The notes: a model not told the origin generated them from the letters alone. Shown: positions 10,129-19,529, counted from the first letter of the stretch. The stretch is 64,000 nucleotides of DNA from Peptococcaceae bacterium UBA5318 (GCA_002408285.1 DHRG01000026.1:20460-84459), one strand, 5' to 3'. Numbers and translations: made by a program.

Positions 10129-11157
10129 ATGCAGTTTCAAAACCTGATGCATTCAATCAAACGTAAGGTTGTAATGCCCGTCTATCTTTTGCAGGGGGAC
10201 GAAGAATATCTGCAGGAGCTGATCGTCCAGGCCTTTAAAGAGTATTTGCTCGCCCGGGACGTGGCTCCGTTCAACCTGGATGAACTGGACGGCGAAGGGG
10301 TAACCCCCTCGCTTGTTGTGGAACGGGCCATTACGTTGCCGGTTTTTGCGGAAAAAAGGCTGGTGATCGTTAAAAACCCTCTTTTCTTGACCGCGCATAA
10401 AAAGGAGGGGGAAACGCAAACAAACCCTCTCCAAGATAAGGTATTGCTTGATTATTTAGCGGATCCGCCGCTTTTTACCTGTCTGGTTTTATGGGTTACA
10501 GGTTCTGTGGATAAACGGAGAAAACTGGTCAAGGCTGTAGAAAAAGCTGGGCAAATAGTAGAGATCAATAGCCTCAGGGGCGAGGATCTATCGGAATGGA
10601 TCAAGGGAGAAATAGGTTCCCATGGTAAAAATATCGAGCCGCAAGCCCTGGAGTTTTTGATCCTCCATGGAACTCACAGTCTGCGTTCCTTAAAGAATGA
10701 ACTGCAAAAGATGATCCTCTATTGCAGTCAGGAAGAAACGATATCCCTCGCGGTGGTAGAGAAACTGCTTACCATGACGGGCGAAGCCAACATTTTTACT
10801 TTGGTTGACAATATTGGCTTACAAAAAGGGGAGGGGGCTTTACTTGAACTAAGGAGTCTTCTGGAAGCGGGAGAGCCGGCTGTCAGGATCCTTTTTATGA
10901 TTGCCAGGCATTTTCGTTTGCTTCTTTCAGCCAAGGACCTGGCGGTGAAGGGTTATTCGGAAAAGAAAACCGCTTCGGAGTTGTCTTTACACCCCTATGT
11001 GACCGGAAAGCTCTTACGACAGGGCAAAAATTTTTCTTTCCGGCAGTTGGAGGACAGCCTGCGTCTGATATTAGACTGCGATATCGCTTTAAAGACAGGC
11101 GCCGCGCCTCGTCCGGCTCTGGAAAATCTGCTGTTGGGATTGCTAGAAAGGGTGTGA
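10129..11157 (+). CDS. holA: DNA polymerase III delta subunit
   Basis: 342 aa. The N-terminal PVYLLQGDEEYL motif matches the HolA family, and the gene sits after comEC as in Bacillus. Confidence 0.8.
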   Translation: MQFQNLMHSIKRKVVMPVYLLQGDEEYLQELIVQAFKEYLLARDVAPFNLDELDGEGVTPSLVVERAITLPVFAEKRLVIVKNPLFLTAHKKEGETQTNPLQDKVLLDYLADPPLFTCLVLWVTGSVDKRRKLVKAVEKAGQIVEINSLRGEDLSEWIKGEIGSHGKNIEPQALEFLILHGTHSLRSLKNELQKMILYCSQEETISLAVVEKLLTMTGEANIFTLVDNIGLQKGEGALLELRSLLEAGEPAVRILFMIARHFRLLLSAKDLAVKGYSEKKTASELSLHPYVTGKLLRQGKNFSFRQLEDSLRLILDCDIALKTGAAPRPALENLLLGLLERV

Positions 11158-12362
11158 AAAAAATGATTGATATTTGTGAAGAGTCCTTGAAGCTCCAGGA
11201 ACAATTGGTGGCCTGGCGCAGGGAGTTGCACCGCTGCCCGGAGGTCGGTCTGGAAACGCCTCTTACAGCGGCTTTTATATCAAAAAAACTGACGGATCTC
11301 CAAATTGAGCACCAGACTAACGTAGGCGGTTCCGGGATAGTGGGTATTATACGCGGCGGTAAGAAGGGCCAAACCATCGCTTTAAGGGCGGATATGGATG
11401 CTCTGGCTATTCGTGAGGATACGGGGCTTTCTTTTGCTTCCCAAAACGGCAACATGCATGCCTGCGGACATGATGCCCACGCCGCTATGCTTTTGGGCGC
11501 CGCCGGCATTCTTTGTACGCGCCGCGATCAGTTGCGGGGCAACATAAAATTGATTTTTCAATCAGGCGAAGAGGGACCTGGGGGAGCCAAACCCATGATC
11601 GAAGAAGGGGTACTGGAAGACCCGTGCGTCGACTCTGTTATGGGGTTACATATCGGCAACCAGTTTCATGAGGTAAAAAACGGGCAGGTAGGCCTACACT
11701 ATGGAAATGTAATGGCCTGCCTGGACAGCTTTAAGATCAAAATAACAGGCCGGGGTTGCCACGGAGCCATGCCTAATATGGGCGTGGACCCTATAGTGAT
11801 CGCGGCCCAGGTTATTACGGCCTTGCAGACTTTAGTCAGCCGGGAGATAGTCCCTACAAGCCCTGCTGTAGTTACCGTCGGTATCGTTAACGGCGGCGTG
11901 GCTTATAACATTATCCCGGATGAAGTTGTCCTTATCGGCACTGCCCGTGCTCTGGAACAGGGCGTCCGTGACCAGCTGGCCGGCCGTATTGAGAATCTGG
12001 TGGCCGGAATAGCCCAGGGAATGCGCGGCGGCTACGAATTCAGCTATACTTATGGCTATCCGCCTCTGGTAAATAATGAGGAGTTTACGAAAGGTTTCAA
12101 AAAAACCGCTGAGAAAATTGTGGGCGCAAAGAATGTGATAGAGATTGCTAAACCGACCATGGGCGGGGAAGACATGGCTTATTATCTGGAAAAGGTTCCT
12201 GGTACTTTCTTCTTTCTGGGATCGGGCAACCCTGAGAAAAATGCTGATTACCCTCATCATAACGCCAGGTTTGATATCGACGAGGATGTTTTGTGGAAAG
12301 GCACGGCTTTACTGGCCCAGGGAGCCATAGACTGGCTGGAAAACAACGGAGGCCCGGCTTAA
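11154..12362 (+). CDS. M20D-family amidohydrolase (N-acyl-amino acid amidohydrolase-like)
   Basis: Metal-ligand motifs (MHACGHDAH, FQSGEEG) and typical length. Confidence 0.8.
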   Translation: MKKMIDICEESLKLQEQLVAWRRELHRCPEVGLETPLTAAFISKKLTDLQIEHQTNVGGSGIVGIIRGGKKGQTIALRADMDALAIREDTGLSFASQNGNMHACGHDAHAAMLLGAAGILCTRRDQLRGNIKLIFQSGEEGPGGAKPMIEEGVLEDPCVDSVMGLHIGNQFHEVKNGQVGLHYGNVMACLDSFKIKITGRGCHGAMPNMGVDPIVIAAQVITALQTLVSREIVPTSPAVVTVGIVNGGVAYNIIPDEVVLIGTARALEQGVRDQLAGRIENLVAGIAQGMRGGYEFSYTYGYPPLVNNEEFTKGFKKTAEKIVGAKNVIEIAKPTMGGEDMAYYLEKVPGTFFFLGSGNPEKNADYPHHNARFDIDEDVLWKGTALLAQGAIDWLENNGGPA

Positions 12363-12371
12363 TAGGGAAAC

Positions 12372-13040
12372 TTATTGAGCCACGATAACGTCGTGGCGCA
12401 CTGGGTTTGATTCACGGCGAAAAAAATAATTGGTCACAATGTCCTGCCAATGTTTAAGAACAAATCCACCTATAGCGGGGTCATACATCATTCCAAGATT
12501 TTTTTCTATCTCCAGGTAACAGTATTCAAGAGAATATGCCCTGCGATAAACCCGGTTTGACGCCATGGCGTCGATAGAGTCACATATAGCGATGATCCTG
12601 GCTCCCAGTGGTATTCTTTCGCCTTTTAACCCCGCCGGATAGCCCAATCCGTCAAACCGCTCGTGATGGTACAGGATGATGTCGTTCATCTCCGCCAGAT
12701 GGGCAGACCTGCTTAAAATATCAGCACCGAGCTGCGGATGTGTTTTTATTACCTCCCATTCCCGTTCGTTCAGCTTCTCTTTCTTGTTTAATATGGCGTC
12801 GGGGATACCGATTTTTCCGATATCATGAAGGTGGGCGGCAATATGTATTTTATCAGTAACATCATCGCGCAGGCCCATGAGCCTGCATATCTTTAGCGCT
12901 ATGTCGCTTACGCGCTGTGAGTGCCCCGCCGTATATGGATCCTTTGCGTCCAGAGCGCCTGTGATGCACTCTATGATCTCATGGTAATCTATAAGCCTGC
13001 TGCAGAAAGTACAGTTTTTCATCGCCTCGTCTCCCTTCAC
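12372..13040 (-). CDS. HD-GYP domain protein (putative c-di-GMP phosphodiesterase)
   Basis: HDIGK plus HHERFDGLGYP motifs. The N-terminus is short and Cys-containing, and no receiver domain is present. Confidence 0.75.
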   Translation of the reverse strand: MKGDEAMKNCTFCSRLIDYHEIIECITGALDAKDPYTAGHSQRVSDIALKICRLMGLRDDVTDKIHIAAHLHDIGKIGIPDAILNKKEKLNEREWEVIKTHPQLGADILSRSAHLAEMNDIILYHHERFDGLGYPAGLKGERIPLGARIIAICDSIDAMASNRVYRRAYSLEYCYLEIEKNLGMMYDPAIGGFVLKHWQDIVTNYFFRRESNPVRHDVIVAQ

Positions 13041-13348
13041 CGCTTAAGGTTTTCTTCATGTCTACACCGCCCTTTCATATTTGTTAAAATGGCTTTCAAA
13101 GCGCTGCCGCTGCCGCAATGGGATTGCACAAGCGCAATATCATTGAGAGCGGCTTTTTTCCTGGCTATCTTCGCCATCTTATGTGAAACAGGATTTGTAA
13201 AGAGAATGATTAAATCGGGCTGGCCGATCATGCCCTCCAAATTGCTTACCGCCTGGGTATACACCTTCGCCCTGCAGCCGTAACCGCTGCATATGTTTTT
13301 GTATTGACAGGTCATACGGTCATGGCCGCCAATGATAACGACACTCAC
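13037..13348 (-). CDS. DUF2325-like small protein
   Basis: The core VVIIGGHDRM...PDLIILFTNPVSHKMA...SHCGSGSAL resembles DUF2325. I chose the GTG at 13348 because a GGGAGG RBS precedes it. The ORF-track start at 13483 would overlap the upstream peptide gene. Confidence 0.55.
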   Translation of the reverse strand: MSVVIIGGHDRMTCQYKNICSGYGCRAKVYTQAVSNLEGMIGQPDLIILFTNPVSHKMAKIARKKAALNDIALVQSHCGSGSALKAILTNMKGRCRHEENLKR

Positions 13349-13425
13349 ATCGACGCGCCTCCCTTCTTTTTTCGTTAACAATCCGCCGGGGCGCGGGCGT
13401 AAGCCCGCGCCCCATACAGACAGCG

Positions 13426-13602
13426 TTACTGTTTTGTACCGCAAGACGTTGAGCTGGGACAACCTGCGCAGCCGCAGTCGCACCCGATGTGCTTTCCTTT
13501 TCGTTTATCACGAACAAGCTTTATGATAATCGCTGCCACAACCCCTGCAACGACAAGACCAACAATAATTGTTCCGAGATTTTCAGTTAAAAACCCAAGC
13601 AT
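13426..13602 (-). CDS. FeoB-associated Cys-rich membrane peptide (58 aa; not in ORF track)
   Basis: Hand translation: MLGFLTENLGTIIVGLVVAGVVAAIIIKLVRDKRKGKHIGCDCGCAGCPSSTSCGTKQ. It has one TM helix and a CxCxCxxC tail, a GGAGG RBS 7 nt upstream, and lies directly downstream of feoB. Confidence 0.75.
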   Translation of the reverse strand: MLGFLTENLGTIIVGLVVAGVVAAIIIKLVRDKRKGKHIGCDCGCAGCPSSTSCGTKQ

Positions 13603-13624
13603 ATAAAATTCCTCCTTTCGGGTG

Positions 13625-15781
13625 TCAGCTTTTTACGCTTAACACATTGCCTGACAGCCTGTCGGATCGCCTGTTTTTCTTTGCCGGACGCAGCAGCAGG
13701 AACAGGAATACCGCCACCAGCAGGGAGGCCGCGGCCGTACCGATTCCGAAGCTGCCCGCTGAAAACAGCATACCGAGCTGATAAACGCACAACGCCACGA
13801 TATAGGCGAATATGCACTGATATCCGATGGCGATCCAAAACCATTTGGCGTTGTTCATCTCGCGCTTGATTGCGCCCATCGCGGCGAAACAGGGAGCGCA
13901 GAGCAGGTTAAACAGCAGGAAAGAATAGGCTGACAGCGTGGTAAAGCTGGCGGCCAGTGAAGCCCAAACCTCCGCGCCGTCCTCGGCCACTTCCGCAAAG
14001 CCATACAGGATACCGAATGTGCCGACTACATTTTCTTTTGCTATCAAACCCGTGATGGCGGCTACGGCGGCTTTCCAGTCGCCCCAGCCCAGCGGGCTGA
14101 AAATCGGCGCGACGACCGAACCCATTCTCGCCAAAATACTCTCCGACATGTCTACCATGCCGAAGCCGTCCTCACCCCAGCCGAAGCTCGAAGTAAACCA
14201 TACGAAGATCGTAGCCAGGAGGATAATGGTTCCGGCTTTTTTGATAAACGACCAGCCGCGCTCCCACATGCTCCGCAAGACGTTTTCAACGGTCGGCCAG
14301 TGATAAGCCGGAAGCTCCATAACAAACGGCGCGACGTCGCCGGCGAACAGTTTTGTTTTTTTCAAAATTATACCGGAGCAGATAATCGCCGCCATACCGA
14401 CAAAGTACGCACTGGTAGCGACCCAGCCCGCGCCGCCGAAGATAGCGCCCGCAATCAGGGCGATAATCGGTAGCTTTGCCGAGCACGGAATAAACGTAGT
14501 GGTCATTATCGTCATCTTTCTATCGCGGTCACTCTCAATCGTTCGCGAGGACATAATGCCCGGAACGCCGCAGCCGGTGCCGATAAGAATCGGAATAAAG
14601 GATTTTCCCGACAGCCCGAAGCGGCGGAAAATCCTGTCCATGATAAAAGCGATACGCGCCATATACCCGCAAGCTTCGAGGAACGCAAGGAAAATAAACA
14701 GGACAAGCATCTGCGGCACAAACCCGAGGACAGCGCCGACGCCGGCGACAATACCGTCGAGGATCAGGCTCTGTAGCCAGTCGGCCGTATTTATGGAAAC
14801 CAGGAGGCTCTCCAGCGCGGGCGGGATGAGCTCGCCAAAGAGGACCTCGTTGGTCCAGTCGGTTACCCAAGCGCCTACCGTTGTCACGGAAACATAATAG
14901 ACGATAAACATGACCACGGCGAAAATCGGCAGGGCCAAAAAACGGTTGGTGACCACCTGGTCGATTTTGTCCGAAACGGAAAGCTTGCCTTTGTTTTTGA
15001 TTTTTACGCAGTCCTTGATGATGGAATCAATGTAAGTATAGCGTTCGGCGGTGATAATGCTCTCGCTGTCGTCCTCCAGCTCTTCTTCACGCCGTTTGAT
15101 ATCGCCGTCGATGTGGGCCGCTTGTTCGGGTTTCAGCCCCAGTTTGGCAATGATTTTCTCATCCCGTTCAAACAATTTTATTGCGAAAAAACGCTGCTGC
15201 TCCTGCGGCAGACCATGCAGTACGGCTTCCTCAATATGCGCCAGCGTATGCTCCACACCGCCGGAAAAGCAGTGCTGCGGCACGGTTTTTGCGCCGCTTG
15301 CCGCTTTAATTGCGGTTTCAGCCGCAGCCGTGACCCCCGTGCCCTTTAGCGCCGAAATTTCAACCACTTGACAGCCAAGCTCTTTGGCAAGGCGGGCGGT
15401 ATCAATTTTGTCGCCATTTTTGCTCACCACGTCCATCATATTGATGGCGGCCACAACAGGGATGCCAAGCTCGGTAAGCTGTGTGGTCAGAAACAGGTTG
15501 CGTTCCAAATTCGTTCCGTCGATGATGTTCAGGATGGCGTCGGGACGCTCGTCAATCAGGTAATTCCGGGCAATGACTTCCTCCAGCGTATAAGGCGAGA
15601 GGGAATAGATACCCGGCAGGTCGGTGACGGTCACATCCTTGTGGCCTTTCAGTTTGCCCTCTTTCTTTTCCACCGTGACACCCGGCCAGTTCCCCACAAA
15701 CTGGTTTGAGCCGGTGAGGGCGTTGAACAGGGTTGTCTTGCCGCTGTTGGGGTTTCCGGCCAGCGCAATCTTAATAGGCAT
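13625..15781 (-). CDS. feoB: ferrous iron transporter FeoB
   Basis: N-terminal G-domain (GNPNSGKTT, DLPG) plus a polytopic permease. Start set to MPIKIALAG at 15781, which has an AGGAGG RBS. Confidence 0.95.
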   Translation of the reverse strand: MPIKIALAGNPNSGKTTLFNALTGSNQFVGNWPGVTVEKKEGKLKGHKDVTVTDLPGIYSLSPYTLEEVIARNYLIDERPDAILNIIDGTNLERNLFLTTQLTELGIPVVAAINMMDVVSKNGDKIDTARLAKELGCQVVEISALKGTGVTAAAETAIKAASGAKTVPQHCFSGGVEHTLAHIEEAVLHGLPQEQQRFFAIKLFERDEKIIAKLGLKPEQAAHIDGDIKRREEELEDDSESIITAERYTYIDSIIKDCVKIKNKGKLSVSDKIDQVVTNRFLALPIFAVVMFIVYYVSVTTVGAWVTDWTNEVLFGELIPPALESLLVSINTADWLQSLILDGIVAGVGAVLGFVPQMLVLFIFLAFLEACGYMARIAFIMDRIFRRFGLSGKSFIPILIGTGCGVPGIMSSRTIESDRDRKMTIMTTTFIPCSAKLPIIALIAGAIFGGAGWVATSAYFVGMAAIICSGIILKKTKLFAGDVAPFVMELPAYHWPTVENVLRSMWERGWSFIKKAGTIILLATIFVWFTSSFGWGEDGFGMVDMSESILARMGSVVAPIFSPLGWGDWKAAVAAITGLIAKENVVGTFGILYGFAEVAEDGAEVWASLAASFTTLSAYSFLLFNLLCAPCFAAMGAIKREMNNAKWFWIAIGYQCIFAYIVALCVYQLGMLFSAGSFGIGTAAASLLVAVFLFLLLRPAKKNRRSDRLSGNVLSVKS

Positions 15782-15814
15782 GATATCTTCCTCCTTCAAA
15801 TAGGGTAGCTTTAG

Positions 15815-15830
15815 GTTAGTTACAACTAAC
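15815..15830. promoter_or_regulatory. DtxR-type operator candidate (GTTAGTT-AC-AACTAAC)
   Basis: Perfect 7+7 inverted repeat inside TTAGGTTAGTTACAACTAA, which resembles the DtxR/IdeR box TTAGGTTAGCCTAACCTAA. It lies between feoA and feoB. Confidence 0.55.
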
Positions 15831-15882
15831 GAGAAGCCCTTAAATATGCGGAGAATCCGCGTTTCTCCGCACCGCTTAAAAA

Positions 15883-16104
15883 TTATTCTACCTCGATGAG
15901 TTCAGCGTCCGATTTCCGTAAAGAAAGCTCATAGCCCCGGATCGTGACCTCCATTGGGTCGCCAAGAGGGGCAACCTTGCGGACAAAGACATCTACGCCT
16001 TTGGTAATCCCCATCTCCATAATCCGTCGTTTGACAGGGCCTCCGCCGCCGATTTTTGCCACCCGCACAGTTGCGCCCGGTTTGGTTTCTTTAAGTGTCT
16101 GCAT
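15883..16104 (-). CDS. feoA: FeoA family protein
   Basis: 73 aa SH3-like FeoA (VRVAKIGGGGPVKRRIMEMGITKG). Start at MQTLKE with an AGGAG RBS. Confidence 0.85.
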   Translation of the reverse strand: MQTLKETKPGATVRVAKIGGGGPVKRRIMEMGITKGVDVFVRKVAPLGDPMEVTIRGYELSLRKSDAELIEVE

Positions 16105-16147
16105 GGTTTTTTCTCCTTTCAAAATTTACGGCCTATACCTCATTCGC

Positions 16148-16360
16148 TCAGACCATTATTTTCGCCGCCATCTCGCGGCTGATAGCCACGCGGGATTCTT
16201 TTATGTTCACAATCACGTTGCCGCTGATTTCCGTGATGATTGTGACGTGCGCGCCGGGGACAAATCCAAGATTGGCGAGAAACTGGCGCGTTTCTTCTTT
16301 ACCGCCCACCTTTTTGATTGAATTTGCCTCTCCAACCTTCGCCATTGTCAAAGGCATCAT
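16148..16360 (-). CDS. feoA: FeoA family protein (second copy)
   Basis: 70 aa (KKVGGKEETRQFLANLGFVPGAHV). Confidence 0.8.
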   Translation of the reverse strand: MMPLTMAKVGEANSIKKVGGKEETRQFLANLGFVPGAHVTIITEISGNVIVNIKESRVAISREMAAKIMV

Positions 16361-16386
16361 AATTCACCTTCCTGTCCGCGATATGA

Positions 16387-16402
16387 GTAAGTTGTGACTA
16401 AC
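16387..16402. promoter_or_regulatory. degenerate copy of the 16-bp operator (GTAAGTTGTGACTAAC)
   Basis: 12 of 16 positions match the 15815 box. Located upstream of the first feoA. Confidence 0.35.
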
Positions 16403-16422
16403 TGCTAGGTCAAATAAAAGCG

Positions 16423-16438
16423 GTTAGAGGCAACTAAC
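16423..16438. promoter_or_regulatory. operator candidate (GTTAGAGGCAACTAAC)
   Basis: It shares GTTAG-N3-CAACTAAC with the 15815 box and sits inside the GGTTAG...CTAACC inverted repeat. Confidence 0.5.
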
Positions 16439-16517
16439 CACGTTTATTCTATCTATCTGGTAAATGTTTGTCAAGGAGTTTGGATAAATATTTTTCGGGT
16501 AATCGAAGGGGGTTTTA

Positions 16518-16889
16518 CTATTTTAAGCTTTTTTCATACAGCTTCTTGATTGCCGAAAAGGTGTCCTCGCTTAGCACGTGTTCCATCCGGCAAGCGTCCG
16601 CCGCCGCAATCTTTGAGCCGATACCAATGCTCACAAGCCAGTCGTAGAGCGTAGAATGGCGGTCATATACCTGTTGGGCGGCCTGTACGCCTTTTTCGGT
16701 CAACGTGATATAGCCGTCCTCGTTCATGTGAATCAACCCTTTTTCGCGCAGCTTTTTCATGGCAACGCTGACGCTTGGTTTGGAAAATCCCATTTCTTCA
16801 ACAATATCTATGGAGCGCACCGCCCCAGTTTTCTTTGATAACAAAAGAATGGTTTCTAAATAGTCCTCTGCGGACGGACGTATCTGCAT
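16518..16889 (-). CDS. DtxR/MntR-family metal-dependent transcriptional repressor
   Basis: 123 aa with an N-terminal winged HTH (EDYLETILLL...VRSIDIVEEMGFSKPSVSVAMKKLREKG) and a dimerisation/metal domain. Adjacent to the feo genes. Confidence 0.8.
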   Translation of the reverse strand: MQIRPSAEDYLETILLLSKKTGAVRSIDIVEEMGFSKPSVSVAMKKLREKGLIHMNEDGYITLTEKGVQAAQQVYDRHSTLYDWLVSIGIGSKIAAADACRMEHVLSEDTFSAIKKLYEKSLK

Positions 16890-16957
16890 AATAGAGCCTC
16901 CTATAAGCGAAACGGCGCGAAGCTGCCCGGGAAAATATATCTGGCGATAATTATAAA

Positions 16958-16973
16958 GTTAGTTTTAACTAAT
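16958..16973. promoter_or_regulatory. operator candidate (GTTAGTTTTAACTAAT) upstream of the regulator gene
   Basis: Same motif family as the 15815 and 16423 boxes. Its position implies autoregulation. Confidence 0.45.
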
Positions 16974-17070
16974 CATACCATGCGTGACTTCAAGGATCAA
17001 GTTTTTAGCCGCTATCTCCAGAAAGCTGTGGTAATGTCGTCTATGGCGCTGTTTACTGCCCGTACTTAGC

Positions 17071-17106
17071 AAAAACGTGTGATTCCTTACGGTTTCACAC
17101 GTTTTC
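17071..17106 (-). terminator. intrinsic terminator after rpsT
   Basis: AAAACGTGTGA / TCACACGTTTT stem (11 bp) with T-runs on both sides. Confidence 0.65.
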
Positions 17107-17157
17107 GGGTCTTTGTTTATGTTTCTCCAGGGGCTTTTTGACACAGCCCCAGCCTTA

Positions 17158-17424
17158 TTAAACGGCTTTTTTATTGAGCTGACGGGTAAGACGGGATTTT
17201 TTGCGGGCCGCATTATTTTTATGAATGATACCCTTGCTGGACATTTTGTCGATCAAGCGCAGCGCTTTCTGCAGGGGCTCTTTGGCGTCATCAAGCACAT
17301 TCCCCTTCAGGGCTGTTTCAAAACGGCGGATCGCAGTTTTCATCATAGATTTATATGCAGCATTCTTAGTTGTACGAATGCGGGCTATTTGGGCTCTTTT
17401 CAAAGCTGATTTAATATTTGCCAT
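17158..17424 (-). CDS. rpsT: 30S ribosomal protein S20
   Basis: MANIKSALKRAQIARIRTTKNAAYKS... Start moved to 17424, which has a GGAGGTG RBS. Confidence 0.95.
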   Translation of the reverse strand: MANIKSALKRAQIARIRTTKNAAYKSMMKTAIRRFETALKGNVLDDAKEPLQKALRLIDKMSSKGIIHKNNAARKKSRLTRQLNKKAV

Positions 17425-17601
17425 CTTCAAGCTCACCTCCTTCGAACATGATTTTTCTTAGAAAATCATGTAAAACCATAAAACAAATTCTATCATTTCT
17501 CCAACGAAAACACAAGTAAATAATCATCAGGGAATCTACTTGCCTGGAGAGAATAGGATTTATGAAAAAAGTATAAGATATTGGGAAAGGAGGTGATAGT
17601 T

Positions 17602-17931
17602 TTGATTCGGGCGGTTATTCGCTTTATCGTTTCCGCACTGGTATTACTTATCGTTAGTTGGTTGGTGCCGGGGTTATCTATTGCAGGTTTTACCGGCGCT
17701 ATAGTTGCGGCGGCAGTTATCGCAGCATTGGGATGGGTGGCGGAAAAACTTCTGGGTAAGACGGCCACTCCCCAGTCCCGCGGCTTGATCGGATTTATTG
17801 CTGCAGCGGTTGTTATTTATTTAGCGCAGTATATTGTTCCAGGAAGCATCAGGGTCAATATAATCGGAGCTTTGCTGGCCTCTTTGGTCATAGGGCTGAT
17901 CGACGCAATTGTTCCCACCGACTTACGTTAA
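17602..17931 (+). CDS. small integral membrane protein (about 4 TM; possibly holin-family-4/YvlD-like)
   Basis: Hydrophobic 109-aa product. TTG start at 17602, 7 nt after AAGGAGG. The family assignment is from memory only. Confidence 0.45.
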   Translation: MIRAVIRFIVSALVLLIVSWLVPGLSIAGFTGAIVAAAVIAALGWVAEKLLGKTATPQSRGLIGFIAAAVVIYLAQYIVPGSIRVNIIGALLASLVIGLIDAIVPTDLR

Positions 17932-17986
17932 GCAGGTCATATTATGGCTCCCCCGTTCATATGAATTAAAGAAAGGACGGGGGAGT

Positions 17987-19054
17987 ATGTTTTTATTCCG
18001 GCAGCGATTTTACTATTGCCAGAAACGATGGGTCAAGCTTATACTACTGGGCCTGTGTTTTGGCTTGATCTTATTTGGACTCATCCATCTTGGACGGCAT
18101 GCCAGTTTGAATGCGGTCGCGTTAAAAATCGGGACCCTGGCGGGGATGAAGCCGGATCAATCCGAGGACATGATTATTCAGGTCTTGCCCCTAACCCGTG
18201 AAGGTAAACCGAAGAACGGCTGGGAATCTTTTCTTCATCAACTGATTCTCTCCATGACAGGCGTCGATTCGCAAAATCCCGCCCTGATTTTGGGGGAAGG
18301 GCTGAATATAAATATATCGCAGTTGGCTACAACGGCTTTAGCGCCTTCAGTAGAGGAAGAGGGAGGAGAAGAAGATTTTTATCTGCCTGGACAGGAGAAT
18401 TCTTCTGCGGAAGAAAGCTCCTTCCCGGAAGAGTTTCCTCCTGTTCAGATCAATGGGGAACCAATGATTTTGGTTTATACCACCCATAATGCCGAATCTT
18501 ATAAGTTTGGCGGAGGCGTATCCCGTCAGGAAGGAGAAAATGGCGGAGTAGCACAGGTAAGCAAGTTGTTTACCCAGGCTATGGAAAGCAAGCATGGTAT
18601 CAAAACGGTATATAGTGATATGATACATGATTACCCCGATTGGACAAAGTCGTATATTAATTCCATGCGCACCGTCCAACAAATACTCAAGAAATACCCC
18701 AAAATCCAAGTAGTGCTGGATATCCACCGGGATGCAGGATTGGCAACCCGCTCTGATACGTTGGTTAAGATTGGTAAGAAAGAATGCGCTAAGGTGATGA
18801 TCGTGGTCGGCACTGAGCACCCAAACTGGAAAGAGAACTTGGCTTTTGCGGAGAAAATTGCGCAAAAGGCTGATGAATTGTATCCCGGACTTATTAAGAC
18901 TGTTCGCCTGCGCAAGGAAAGACGCTATAATCAGCACCTGCACCCCCGGGCTTTGCTCCTGGAGGTGGGCAGTGACCTCAACAAAACAGAGGATGCGCAA
19001 AATTCGGCTGTTTTGATGTCGGATGTGATAGCTGCCGTCCTTAAAGAGAAGTAG
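17987..19054 (+). CDS. spoIIP: stage II sporulation protein P
   Basis: C-terminal SpoIIP amidase-like region (LVYTTHNAESY...VLDIHRD...VVGTEHPNW). N-terminal TM. Position after rpsT matches Bacillus. Confidence 0.85.
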   Translation: MFLFRQRFYYCQKRWVKLILLGLCFGLILFGLIHLGRHASLNAVALKIGTLAGMKPDQSEDMIIQVLPLTREGKPKNGWESFLHQLILSMTGVDSQNPALILGEGLNINISQLATTALAPSVEEEGGEEDFYLPGQENSSAEESSFPEEFPPVQINGEPMILVYTTHNAESYKFGGGVSRQEGENGGVAQVSKLFTQAMESKHGIKTVYSDMIHDYPDWTKSYINSMRTVQQILKKYPKIQVVLDIHRDAGLATRSDTLVKIGKKECAKVMIVVGTEHPNWKENLAFAEKIAQKADELYPGLIKTVRLRKERRYNQHLHPRALLLEVGSDLNKTEDAQNSAVLMSDVIAAVLKEK

Positions 19055-19166
19055 TAAGGACCGTCGATAAATCTAATAAGAAGTAGCAGGGGATGGTACG
19101 TGCGCATACTATCCCTTTTCTGCGTTTATTTTTTGCCGGCAGCGGGCAAGGTATCCATATAAAGAG

Positions 19167-19466
19167 GTGAATATTTTGCTTGCCTATCGGAAACAAATGG
19201 CCCTGATCCTGATATTCGTCCTGGTACTGGTTGCCCTGGGGCTTTCCGGCACTTTTTATACGATGAAAAAGGTTACTCAGGCGCCGGTTGACAGTATGTT
19301 GTCCATCCGGGTGCAGAAAGATCAATTGAATGTCGACTTCCTTGGGCTTGATCTTGCTTTGCGGACCGCCTTTTTTAACGATGTCCTTCAAACTGGACTT
19401 ACCGGGGCCAAAGATATCGCCGCCCAGCTTTTTAGCCTCTGGAGCGCATGGCGGGGCAAGGAGTAG
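19167..19466 (+). CDS. hypothetical small membrane protein (positional equivalent of B. subtilis yqxA)
   Basis: One TM helix and no recognisable motif. The call rests on position only. Confidence 0.35.
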   Translation: MNILLAYRKQMALILIFVLVLVALGLSGTFYTMKKVTQAPVDSMLSIRVQKDQLNVDFLGLDLALRTAFFNDVLQTGLTGAKDIAAQLFSLWSAWRGKE

Positions 19467-19529
19467 ACATTTAGGGCTACATGGGCTAGAATAAGTTATT
19501 GTAATCAGATTGTTAGAAGGTGTGCCGGA

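Noticed and set aside
13320-13526. ORF-track entries 13320-13517(-) and 13332-13526(+), and the long form of 13037-13483(-).
   Set aside because: They are out of frame with, or overlap, the better-supported Cys-rich peptide gene (13426-13602). The DUF2325-like gene more plausibly starts at the GTG at 13348, which has a GGGAGG RBS.
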